A DNA stretch of 64,000 nt from Podarcis erhardii (lineage: Eukaryota). Position numbers and translations under genes: made by a program. The DNA is taken from NCBI GenBank assembly GCA_964252035.1, contig OZ176208.1; one strand, given 5' to 3'. Below the pieces are notes generated by a model, which was not told where the DNA came from, made no database searches, and saw only the letters and a program-made list of their open reading frames with translations. Below, piece after piece: positions 1 to 11,735 of the stretch (position 1 is its first letter; the number at the start of each line of letters is the position of its first letter).

Positions 1-150
1 TAACACCCAGCAAACTGAAAATCTGGGGAAAATGCAATTTTATGATCAAATACAAGTAACTGTTCTTATAATGGAGTTTATGTTAACCTTTCATTTGCCA
101 GTGCTTGCTTGCATCTTTTTATATTCACATTGCCATATTGCAAGCTAGTT

Positions 151-151
<1 letters not shown>

Positions 152-186
<35 letters not shown>
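152..186. repeat. (CA)n microsatellite
   Basis: Uninterrupted CA dinucleotide run. Confidence 0.97.
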
Positions 187-187
<1 letters not shown>

Positions 188-2369
188 GGTTGAAAATATA
201 ATGTAAAATACCCTGAGGTTAAATTTCCTCTGACTGAAGTCAGTGAGAAAAATGTCAGTCTTCTCAGTGAAACCCTACAGGCTGCATGTTAATTAATTCT
301 CCAATGCACAATGCCAAACCCTGTGGGAAGATAATTAAAAACTACTTAAAATGGCTTTATTCTATGAGGCAAAATAATAATAATTAAAAAATGACCATGG
401 AACTCCAAACCAACAAATTGTAGACTGCCACTCGTGGGATACAATCCACCAGAACTGTTTTCTTGGACATTTTTCATTCCCAATTAGTTGCATGATGGTA
501 CAGTTTTGCTGCTGCAAAATTTGCATTAATTGCCTTATGGCTTACACCGGTTGTGTGGGAGGCAAAGAATTTCTGTGGAAACTATGGGCAGGGAGGATGG
601 AAGCTAAGATACTGGAGAAGGGGAAACCCAGTAGGATGAATTGGGTTGACAATCAGTATTTCCAAGCAATCCCTGCTGGGTCTCAAGCCTGCTAGTGGCT
701 TTTTGCTTGGATGTCCAAGCATATGAACTCAACCTTTTATCATTTCTCATCATGTTGTTCATTTCAGTTCCTGTGTGAGTTCTGCATTTCTAGGCTGAGC
801 TCTGGTTTCCAAGAGGGTGCTTCATACATTATGCTTCCCAAGGGTCTTCACACATGTGCAGATGCATGTATGAATAGCTGTACATGGGTTGATGTTAAAA
901 AAAAGCAACATGGGGCTACAAAGTGCAGAGTAGAAAATGTTCTAACTTACATGAATGTACCTGCCTTTGATTATATGCAGTTGTATGGTCATGAGATGGT
1001 GTGGGCATGTTGAGAGATTTGTGTCACTTCTTATAACTGATACCATGTATGGACATTATCTAGTTCATTACAGGATGAATTTAGTGGCACAGTCTCTAGA
1101 AAGCATGAATTATTGTAATGTTCCCAACCATTGTTTCTTCCAAACTTCTTGAGTTGTATGTGCTGCTAATATTCCAAAGGTTACTCAGCCTTCTGACAGA
1201 ACAACGCCTTTATGAGTTGTGCTTTTTTTAAAAAAAAATGCACAAAAACTCACTTCTAAAATCAATTTTGAAATGAGGTTAATGAAATGAGCTGTAAAGG
1301 TGTTCCCAAGGATAAGAGGTGATTTAGTATTTTAGAAATCCAAGCATATTTATAATGTATGCAAAAACACAACTGGTGCAAGTCAACTAAATCACTAGCT
1401 ATGAAAAATCAGCATCTGAGGAGATGATAGCATATTTGTCTAAATTACAAAATACTTTGAAATAAAGGGTAGACTCTCACTTTTAGGTCTTTTTTAAAAG
1501 TGGGAATTAAGCATACACTTCATTCTTCATGTGCTTCTTTATTTGCAAATACAGAAGCACCTGCATATTTTTATATTTAAAGGTATCTAGAAAGGTCACA
1601 AATATCTACATTATTACCTTGTCTCATTGATATCAAGAGCTTTAGCACATATTTAATAGATGCATTTGTGACACAAATTTACCCTCAATGAGTCAAATTC
1701 CAGTTGTCATAATTGATCCTGTTATATCTGAAAGCCCTAATCAAGGCACAGTTAGGGTTTATTCACACTTCCTCTTGTCCTGCTGCTTTTCCCTGTGGGA
1801 AACTGTTCTTTAGTGCTCAATCAGAGCAAATGGCAACCAGGTTTTCTGTGGATTGCCATTCCAATTTAGTGCTAAAGAGTGGGTTTCCCCTGGGAAAGGA
1901 GCAAGGCAATGGGGAAACCACTCAGAGCCTTGTCTAGAAAGCATGGGTCAAGTGGACAACCACTTGGATCCATGCTCTCTAGGCATGGGACAAGTGGAAT
2001 TATGGACGAGTCCTTGGTCAAAATTAAGACTACAATCCTATGCTCATATCCTTGTGACATTTCCCATTGAACATAATGGGACTTATTCTTGAATAGACAG
2101 TCACAGTATTGTGCTTCATGTCCCACAGAAGCCATTGGAGGACATCAGCCACACATGTAACTTCTCATTGCTTTCAGTGGGACTTAGGCTGTAACCCTAG
2201 GCAAATTCACTTAAGAACAAGTCCCAGTGCACCCAGATGGACTTGCGTTGGAGTAGCATGCATAAGAGTGCACTATTAGTCATGCAAAATGTCACTGAAT
2301 TGGGCATGAACAAAGCAGACAGATACACCACTTGCATGCAGAGATATCACCCCAAACTGGGAAGAAGTA

Positions 2370-2610
2370 CAGTGGTACCTCGGGTTACATACGCTTCAGG
2401 TTACATGCGCTTCAGGTTACAGACTCCGCTAACCCAGAATATTACCTCGGGTTAAGAACTTTGCTTCCAGATGAGAACAGAAATCGTGCTCCGGCAGTGG
2501 CGCGGCAGTGGGAGGCCCCATTAGCTAAAGTGGTGCTTCAGGTTAAGAACAGTTTCAGGTTAAGAACGGACCTCCGGAATGAATTAAGTATGTAACCAGA
2601 GGTACCACTG
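2370..2610. mobile_element. Tc1/mariner-superfamily (pogo/Tigger-like) MITE, copy 1
   Basis: TIRs CAGTGGTACCTCGGGTTA / TAACCAGAGGTACCACTG, TA on both flanks, internal TTCAGGTTA repeats. A closely similar copy lies at 11494-11735. Confidence 0.9.
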
Positions 2611-3431
2611 TATGGTTAAAGTTCCCTGAAATCAATGGTATTCTGCCAAAGCAAGCATATAGACAACTGCTTTCATGCAGATAATTACATTTAGAAACCG
2701 AGAATAGCTTCAGTCCTCTGCAGGGAACAAAATGGTTGTTTTAGAAGCCAAGTCATGCCAGGGATATTACTAAGGCACAGGGTTTTTTCTGGATAAGGGA
2801 ATGCTGGTTCAGGCCATGCTGGCTACAAGTCATTGGCCTAAATTCGCTTACCCAATTTGAAGGATTCTAGGGGGGAAGCTTGGGTTTCTCAGAAAATTCT
2901 CAAATAATCAGAAAGTCCAAGCTTAGGGAATCTTCACTGTTGTCAGCCATCTCAATCTGCCAGCTTCTCTCTCCCCCACTTTCTCCAGATCACTATATGG
3001 CATGCAGGATGGGAGCACCTGACCATTGGGAGGGATGTAATCTATATCACTGTCAGCACTACTGAAAAGACAATAATGGCAGCCAAAAAGCCCTGATGAG
3101 GACATGCTCTGAACTGAGTTCCCCTGCCGCCCCAGGAAATCTCCCCACCATTTTCTGCTGGAAGTGTGCAGTTGTGCACTTTCATACTTCACACGTAATT
3201 GTGGTATATGTGTAAATATTGCAGCTGTAAATACTGTGAGTGGAATTGACTGCATCTTCCCCAGCCAACAGGATGCTGCTGGAAAGGAGCCTGACAACTG
3301 AGTGAAAAAGAGCGACATGTTCAACCCTGAACATCTGGTTAATGTGGTCTTCAAACAAACTTACAGCAGGCACAAAGGATTGCACCACAGGAATGTGGCT
3401 CTCAAATAGATGTGCCTGAATGTAAAAGCAA

Positions 3432-3650
3432 TCTGAGCTACGTCAGAATGTAAGAAGTCTGCCTAGTCCAGCATCCTGTTTCACTTGGTGGTCAGCCAGA
3501 AGCTTCCGGGAAATCCCACAATCAGGATATGATCACCATTGTTCTTTCCTAGCGATGTTCCACAGTGACTAGCATTTAGCCATGCAGCTTCTGATCCTGC
3601 AGGTAATAGACCATCATTTAAGGACAGTAGCCATTGAGTAACCTTCCATT
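3432..3650 (-). mobile_element. Old degraded CR1-like LINE 3' fragment
   Basis: Motif 'ctagtccagcatcctgtttcacttggtggtcagccaga' resembles the element at 33592-33750, which carries a (TTCTTATG)-type tail. Confidence 0.45.
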
Positions 3651-3661
3651 AATTTGTTCAA

Positions 3662-4113
3662 TCCGTATAGTTAAAACTATGGTTTTCCCAGTAGTGATGT
3701 ATGGAAGTGAAAGCTGGACCATAAAGAAGGCTGATCACTGAAGGATTGATGTTTTTGAATTATGGTGCTGGAGGAGACTCTTGAGAGTCCCATGGACTGC
3801 AAGAAGATCATTCTTAAGGAAATCAGCCCTGAGTGCTCACTGGAAGGACAGATCCTGAAGCTGAGACTTCAATACTTTGGCCACCTCATGAGAAGAGAAG
3901 ACTCCCTGGAAAAGACCCTGATGTTGGGAAAGATTGAGGGCACAAGGAGAAGGGGATAATGGAGGATGAGATGGCTGGACAGTGTTCTTGAAGCTACCAA
4001 CATGAGTTTGACCAAACTGCGGGAGACAGTGGAAGACAGGAGTGCCTGGCGTGCTCTGGACCATGGGGTCATGAAGAGTCAGACACGACTAAATGACTAA
4101 ACAACAACAACAA
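3662..4113 (+). mobile_element. BovB (RTE-clade LINE) 5'-truncated 3' fragment
   Basis: Encodes the RT C-terminal peptide (ILKEISPECSLEGQILKLRLQYFGHLMRREDSLEKTLMLGKIEG) and ends in CCATGGGGTC..GACTAAAC(AAC)n. Three more copies are in the window. Confidence 0.93.
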
Positions 4114-5541
4114 TAATTTGAAAACCACCTGAATCAGGAAGATGAGTCTGGCGGTGGGCAGTAGCGGAGGGCCACACAGAGGAATGATGGAGAGCTCATT
4201 CATCATGGCATTGCATTTTCATTTTATTTTGGGGAGGGTTAGCAGGAACTCAAGAAACAAAATCAACTTGCAACAGGAACAATGATGAAAGCAGGTGTGC
4301 AGGATTCAAAACAAAACAAAACTTGATTTGGATCAGTGTCAGCAAATATCTGGAGAGATGAAAAATTCTGTACACATTTTAGTAACTAATGAGAATTTTA
4401 GTATTTAACAATATATAATTATTAAAGGGCTACATTTCATGCAAGGACATAATCTGAAAAATCTCCTGGGAGTGTTTGGTGCAAGATATTTACTTCCACA
4501 TAAACTTTGTGCATGTAATTTTTTTTTTTTGGGGGGGGGGGATTTGAATTCTGCCCAAGGAATTCATTATACTGTATTGATTTATTGATACAAGAGACAG
4601 AACTAATTTGCATGTGTAAATTAGCAGTAAGAACATTTCTCTTCACTGTGCTATATGGCTGGCAGACTGTTTACTTAAAATCCGTCTTCAGAGCTTTGAG
4701 TTTTGTATTCAAAGCCAAAGATGTCATCTCAGCTTTAGTTACTTGGTGTACATATTTATGTGTGTGAAACTATACAATGAGTCCTAAGGGTTTCCAGGCT
4801 GGATGTTTCTAGTTTTTAGAATATTCAAGTTTCCCCCTTTGGAAGTTCTAGAAGATTTGATGTGACACTTAACATTTTCATAAGCAAAAAAGGCAGACGT
4901 TTCATCTCTTATTTTATTTTCCCAGAATCATCTCATACGCATAATGGTTTTAATACTTTATCTTAGTGGGAGGTGAGCAATAAAATTTCTTCAAAAGGAG
5001 ATAATATATCTGTTTTATGGCTACTCTTTTAATAAAGAATTGGACATTTGGACACTTTTTCAATTCAGAATAAATGGAGTGTATCCAAGGAATAGAGTCT
5101 AAATGAAACTTAATAACCTTGTATTGCATCCCTTTGTCAAATGCAGAGTTTGAGATATTTCAACAAATTTAGTTACCATAAATACATGCCCAGATAACTG
5201 TAGAGAATTCATTTAATACCATTGCCATCAGCAACTGTGGGAGCATTTAGACATAGAGATACAGTAACTACTACACTAACACTTTGATTATGATTGCCTT
5301 CAGATGCGTCACACACACCCAAAAGTACTGATTTGAGAAAATTAAAGCATTATATGGAAATAGGGATGCGGGTGGGCGGGGGGAATAGATTCAGTTCTCA
5401 TTTAAAGGAGAATCTACCTAATTTGTACTTTCTGAGATAACATCAGAACATAGCTATCCTATGAGAGTTTTCAGTTCTTCAAATTTTGTGATACAGTTCT
5501 CTAGCCAAGCAATATATATATACTGGGGTAAGGTAAGATGT

Positions 5542-5909
5542 GGGACGTGGGTGGCGCTGTGGTCTAAACCACTGAGCCTTGGGCTTGCTGATCGGAAGGG
5601 CGGTGGTTCGAATCCCCACGAAGGGGTCAGCTCCCGTTGCTCAGTCCCTGCACCTGCCAACCTAGCAGTTCAAAAGCACGTCAAACTGCAAGTAGATATA
5701 TAGGTACTGCTCCGGTGGGAAGGTAAACAGCGTTTCCATGTGCTGCTCTTGTTTTCCCAGAAGTGGCTTAGTCAGGCTGGCCACGTGAACCGGAGAAACT
5801 GTCTGCCGACAAATGTCGGCTCCCTCGGCCAGTAAAGTGAGATGAGCACCACAACCCCAGAGTCGGTCACAACTGGACTTAACTGTTAGGGGTCCTTTAC
5901 CTTTACCTT
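5542..5909 (+). mobile_element. Sauria SINE (Squam1-type), complete
   Basis: tRNA-like head with B box GGTTCGAATCC and (ACCTTT)n tail. TSD is TAAGGTAAGATGT / TAAGGTAAGGTGT (5529-5541 / 5910-5922). Confidence 0.9.
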
Positions 5910-6638
5910 TAAGGTAAGGTGTTCACAGAAATCCACATTTCAGTGGATTCAGTGAGACATGCATTATATTCGGGAAAATTTCACACTACTTTAACTAAAA
6001 ATGAACAGGAGATGCCTGGAGGAGTTGTGGGTTTCTATCAGATGTTTCTGCCAGAAACATTCAGAATTTTACATTTGATTGTATTGTCTGTAGTTTCAAT
6101 TGGTTCTAAGTGAACACTTATTGATATTACTTTGTGTTATTTTATTGGGATATGGAGGTCCCTTTGTCACACTCTTGTTTTGTGATGATAACTAGATACA
6201 AATAAACTACCTGAATCTGGGAACTGACATTGTCAGGGGCCACCTCTCTGGTCTTAAAGAGAGTGCAGTGCAGGCTGCATTGAAAAGTAAAGATAGTACC
6301 TTCTATTTTAAACTGATCGCAACAAAATCAACTGCTGTAAAAAATAAAATATTGTTTTTATGGTAAACAAGGACACGGTAAATACAAGGGATTTGTCAGC
6401 GGCTTCCCATTTACTGGTGCTAAAGCACTAAAATACCTTACGCCATAGGCCTCCTGGTGCTTGGAATGATGTATACTCCTGACTGCCTCTTTCCACAATG
6501 TGGCTGCAGCTGCAGGAGCAGTCAAGTAAGTGATTGAATGGGTTGGAGGGTATCAGAAGAGTTCTTCTCTGGCTCAGATTAAATGATATCACAGATGAAA
6601 ATTCTGAATCACCAACATTCATATTCCAAATAAAAGAA

Positions 6639-6827
6639 GGGAACTGATGGTAGGTCAGTGGAAGAGCACATGCCCTGAATACAAAAAGTCTTAAGGTTCA
6701 ATCTCCATTATCTCCTGGTAGGACAGGGAGATAATCCTGTCACCCTGAGGAGCAGCTGCAAGACGACATAGGCAATGCTGAGCTTGATGGACCAATGGCC
6801 TGATTCAGTATAAGGCCGTTTCCCATG
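6639..6827 (+). mobile_element. Degraded tRNA-derived SINE (~190 bp) with GATGGACCAATGG-type tail
   Basis: A-box-like 'gtcagtggaagagc', B-box-like 'ggttcaatctcc', tail 'gcttgatggaccaatggcctgattcagtataagg'. Related pieces lie at ~25920-26090 (-), ~36725-37095 (+) and ~56680-56765 (-). Confidence 0.65.
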
Positions 6828-8436
6828 AATTGTGAATATTGACAGCATCGCAACACAATGCTCACCATTTTTCTGATTTTCAACATGAAGCTGTTAAACA
6901 AGGAGGTAGTTGGATGAGCGACCCTGTGCTACTACACATCGCTCATTGTGTCAGTGCATTGTCAGTAGTCTTCACATGACTGTGGATGCCAGTTTGTGAA
7001 GCACTGATAGATTTACATGGTCGTCATTCTAGTAAATTATACATATTCATCGACCTACTTCTGTTCTAGCTCATTAAACCGAGCTGGTTACCACTCTGCT
7101 CCCCTCTGGCTAGGTGTAATTGAGTCCCTGCCTTCTGGCAAGGTGATAATGAAATTCATTGAATAAGTGACAAGTGGGTGGGAAAGAATCTATTTACACC
7201 TATCCAAAGGAGACTTGCCCAATTAACACTTTGCTTAAGGACACTCCCCACTCCCCAAACAGTCAAACTTTTAAAAAAAATTCAGATTAACGGCACTTTC
7301 CTCCCATTCTCTTTGCTGGCATTTGTGCGGCAAGATTGGGAGGAAAGGAAGTGAAGCATTTAACCCCCATCTTTGTATCCAGAGTCTTAGGAAATAAACA
7401 CTTTTGTCGAATCCAAGTAGTTGTCCCATTAAGAAACCATAACCATTCTAAGAGCTCTGCTGAACAAAAATGCGTTTGCAGCTGATTATAAAGCAAAGTG
7501 GAAAACTTTAGAGCGGTATGTACATGAAAGGAAATGCTGGGGCTAAGGACTGAAATGTAGAGTTCTGTGGATTTTGCAAAGATTACGAGAAAAGCTGTCC
7601 TAGGCATCGCCTTCTATTACAGTTTGTACTTGAGAACAGATACTTGGCTGCAAAAATTCAGGCATTCTGCTTCTGCTTGAAAACATGCATGTGTGTATGT
7701 TGGTTGCTGTCTGCCCCTGTAAAAAGAAATGGCAGCTGAAGGAAAGCAACCTTCCACGTATTTTATTTCTTTACTATTTCTTTAAAAAAAAAACACCTTT
7801 CTAAACCGTTTAATACTTGAAAACCACTATGTGGGATACAAAAATAGAACAAAAGCAGGATAATGAAAAGAAAATGTAATAAAAGGAAAAATGGCAGAAA
7901 TAATAATAAAAAAGCAGTGATACAAGAATAAACCTGGTAGAACAGTACTGTATATAACACAGATTAAAACAGGAATTCAGTAATAACAGGGGCAAATCTT
8001 ATGGGTCATGAAAAACCTGAGGAAAAAGATATGTCTTACTCTTTACAAGGCAGTTGAAACAATGATCTGAATCTTTGTGTATGACAGAAGGAAAGGCATT
8101 CTGCATTGCAGGATAAATCATGGAATATGTCCATTTTTGAGTCACTGCCCTGTGATATTCTTTAGAGTGCGGTGCCATGAGTGTCCTGGGGACACATTTC
8201 CATCTCTACCAGGAGACACCAGAGTTTCAGCCTATGACCTTCTGCATGTAGAGAATATGCTCTACTACTGACCTACATTTGTTCCCCAAACCATTCCTCC
8301 TACCATTCATAATAATGCAAAAAACCTGCATAAATTGAGCCTGCCATCCAAAGCTCAAAGCAGCCACCTCTATGTAAAAGATAAAGGACCCCAAAAGTTA
8401 AGTCCAGTCGCAGATGACTCTGGGGTTGTGACGCTC

Positions 8437-8710
8437 TCCGGAACCAAGGAGAAGAGTCGGTGGAAGAAGATTGGAAAAAAATATTAAAGTATATCTTCAA
8501 AAATATTGTAAAATTAAGGACTGTTAGAAAGATGTTGGAAAAAGAAAATTAGGTGGTTTTGGTAGAAATGATATAAAGGATTAAGTAAAAATGAGTTGAT
8601 GAAATTGACGAAAGAGAGGACGTTAAATTATAATATAATATATTAAATTAAATTATTTAAATGAAAATAAGGTTGGAAGGATTTGCTGAAATAACGATTT
8701 GAACTAGAAT
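8437..8710 (+). mobile_element. L1-type LINE 3' fragment (ORF2 end plus part of 3' UTR)
   Basis: GGAGAAGAG..GGTGGAAGAAGATTGGAAAAAA and the following UTR align by eye with the reverse complement of ~46470-46715. No poly(A) tail. Confidence 0.75.
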
Positions 8711-9011
8711 TCGTTCATCCTGCTTTACTGGCAGAGGGAGCCAGTGTTTGTCGGCAGACAGTTTTTCTGAGTCATGTGACCAGCATGACTAAGCCACTTC
8801 TGGCAAACCAGAGCAGCGCATGGAAACACCGTTTACCTTCCCGCCAGAGCGGTACCTATTTATCTACTTTCACTTTGACATGCTTTCGAACTGCTAGGTT
8901 GGCAGGAGCTGGGACAGAGCAACGGGAGCTGACCCTGTCATGGGGATTCGAACCACCGACCTCTCTGATTGGAAAGCCCTAGGCTCAGAGGTTTACACCA
9001 CAGCGCCACCC
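8711..9011 (-). mobile_element. Sauria SINE, 3'-truncated
   Basis: Reverse complement matches the 5542 copy from GGGTGGCGCTG to GCCAGTAAAGC..GATGA. The ACCTTT tail is missing. Confidence 0.88.
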
Positions 9012-9209
9012 AATCTGAATCAGCCATTAAAAGTTGTAGAGAGGAAAAAAATAGAAATTCTTCTGAGTCTACTTGAAAGCATCAAGAGATGAAGATAACT
9101 TGATCTCTATGGAAGTAAGTTCTATAACTTTATATGTCAGTATATACCCTACATCCAGTATATATAAACACTCCTTTGGTTTTGACCTGTGAAAATCAGT
9201 CTAGGTGGA

Positions 9210-9210
<1 letters not shown>

Positions 9211-9256
<46 letters not shown>

Positions 9257-9296
9257 ATCTATCATCTATCATCTATCAATCTATCTATCTATCATC
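9211..9296. repeat. (TCTA)n tetranucleotide microsatellite, degenerate at 3' end
   Basis: Direct reading of the sequence. Confidence 0.95.
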
Positions 9297-10313
9297 TTTT
9301 TATTTATAAAGTCTGCAGATGAGAGAAAAGCTTCAGTGATGAATAAAATAAGCAGGCATAGGATTATGATAATGGTTCAGAGGAAGAAAAACTGTATTTA
9401 GCAATATTAAGAACATAGTAATACCCAGGTCCATTTTTAAACTGCTCCTTTTGTTGCCTGTTAAGATCACAAGCAGGAATGTTGAACGGCAGCTCAAAAT
9501 ATGACCTGCTGTGATTAAAAGACCTTTGCTGAAGGACACATCTATTACTGCCTACATAATATCTGAAAGCTGAAGAGAACCTGACCCCTTGCTCCCCTTT
9601 CTCTTCCCTTTGAGCATTTTTCGCTGCAAGAGGGTTTTTTTGTTTTTAAAAAAAGAGGTATTATTCAAATACATAATAACATTGTCACAAACTTCCCATA
9701 CAATAGGAGAAGGGAAAGAATTTATGAATTCTCCTTATAATGTGTATTTGGTTCATACTATTGAAGAAAAATAAATCCAATGTGATAAAGAGCTCCTGAC
9801 CAGACCCGTAATATGACAAGAAATAGCATACAATAATTTATCCAACGAGTAACTCATGTCCTTTAAAAAAAAAAAGCTTTGTATTATGTAAAAATAAAAA
9901 TTCAAAAAGCATAGACCACTAACGTACAAATAATTTCCAACAGAATAATGGGTTGGATATACAGCCTAATTGTATAGAAAGTAGAGAAACTAAAATAATC
10001 TATTCAAGAATTTGAAATAAAACATTATAAAGAAGGTCAACTACAGGCTGCACATTTAACACAGCAAAGTTGACCAAGAATCTTAAACATTTCAAAAGAA
10101 AACATTACTAAAGGAAGTCATATATAAAATGCACATTTAAAGCAGCATAATTTGCAAGATAATAAAATATTTTTATAAGCAAAGAAATTATCTGCTGCTT
10201 GTTGCTGCCAATCCTGCTCAATTCTATTAGGTGCCCCATTGCTTTTCTTTCCCCCTGAAATGCTGTTTTTGCCTTTTTGTAAGTTCATTGCCAGAGGCAG
10301 CCTATATACACTA

Positions 10314-10405
10314 AGGCTGCGGTCCTAACCAAGGTTTCTCAGAAGTAATTCCCATTGAATTCAGTATGGCTGACACCAAGTGAAATGGGCTTAGAATTGC
10401 AGCCT
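10314..10405. mobile_element. ~90-bp palindromic MITE-like repeat (AGGCTGC...GCAGCCT ends)
   Basis: Short inverted termini with TA/TAA-like flanks and a central 'cccattgaattcagt' core. Degenerate relatives lie near 2185-2275, 11027-11105, 28900-28970, 45870-45956 and 58245-58335. Superfamily (PIF/Harbinger or TcMar) not resolved. Confidence 0.55.
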
Positions 10406-11493
10406 TAATCAACTTCCAACAGTATTTTTTTAGCAATAGAATGGATTGTCCATTATTGTTCCTTTTACGTTGAAAGAAGTGATCTCATTTCTTATCTTTT
10501 GTCTTCCTATGCACACCTCAGTTAAAGTCTGAGATTCTTTTTTAAAGAGGAGGGAGCCATCTGCATTTGACTGCTCATTTTTTAACATCAACCCATCTCC
10601 TAAACCTTTGTTTTAAATGTGTCATTGCCCAACTGTATAAATCACTTTGAGCTTATTTTAGCAATCAAGTGGTGTATAATATTTTATGGAAAAAATATTA
10701 GAAATCAAATGCCCAGCCAATGCCTAACTAAATGTAAAAATCAAACAGATGCACCATTCATTATTGCTCTTTTTCAAGGATTGGAAATGCATTGGCACAA
10801 AAAGGATTTAAAACTGTCAAACCTAAAATTGTGTTTACTACAAATATCTAAAACATAAATTAGCATGAGCATTATGTTTCAGCAGACACATAAACATGGC
10901 CATTCTTTTTGTACAAAATATGCATTTCTGAAATAAAATGTTGCAATAAAGTGAATGATAAGTAGATTACTGAGTCAGTTAGGGTTCAGTTCTGTCTCGT
11001 TAAGCTAGTAAGAGAGGCTGCAATTCTAAGTCCGCTTACCTGAAAATATGTCCCACTGAATTCAATGAAGCCTACTTCTGAGTAAACATTGTTTGATTTG
11101 CAGTCACAGATGGCTTTGTGATGGGCCACTAGCTACTTCATTAACTTTGTTTTTAAGGTGTCACATGACTCTTGGTTCATCTTGCTACAAAAGTCTAAGA
11201 GGGCTACTCCTCTGGAAATTCATTAACTTTGAAACAGATCACAAATGGAAGTTAATTGATCTCTATATGTATATCTGCTGATAGCTGAGATATGTGCAAC
11301 AATGTGCACTATGATTTTTTAAAAAATAATAATAATCTGCATTTCCTATAATTTTTGAAAAACATATTAAGCATTCCATACAAGGACAGTGGACTGGCAT
11401 TCCAATCTTGAAGATGTAAGTTGCAGAAAATCCAACTGATTTCAGCATGCATAACTTTGGTGATTTGCAGTGAAAACTGCCATCATATAAATA

Positions 11494-11735
11494 CAGTGGT
11501 ACCTTGGGTTACATACGCTTCAGGTTACATACGCTTCAGGTTACAGACTCCGCTAACCCAGAAATAGTACCTCGGGTTAAGAACTTTGCTTCAGGATGAG
11601 AACAGAAATTGTGCTCCGGCGGCACGGAAGCAGGAGGAGGCCCCATTAGCTAAAGTGGTGCTTCAGGTTAAGAACAGTTTCAGGTTAAGAATGGACCTCC
11701 GGAACGAATTAAGTTCTTAACCCGAGGTACCACTG
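11494..11735. mobile_element. Tc1/mariner-superfamily (pogo/Tigger-like) MITE, copy 2
   Basis: TIRs CAGTGGTACCTTGGGTTA / TAACCCGAGGTACCACTG, TA flanks, same internal sequence as 2370-2610. Confidence 0.9.

Noticed and set aside
2923-3354. 143-aa minus-strand ORF in repeat-poor sequence
   Set aside because: It has no recognisable domain and its composition is typical of random ORFs.
6985-7008. Minus-strand TCAGTGCTTCACAAAC resembling miR-148/152
   Set aside because: It shares the seed but lies on the wrong hairpin arm and diverges 3' of the seed, so it is not a convincing family member.
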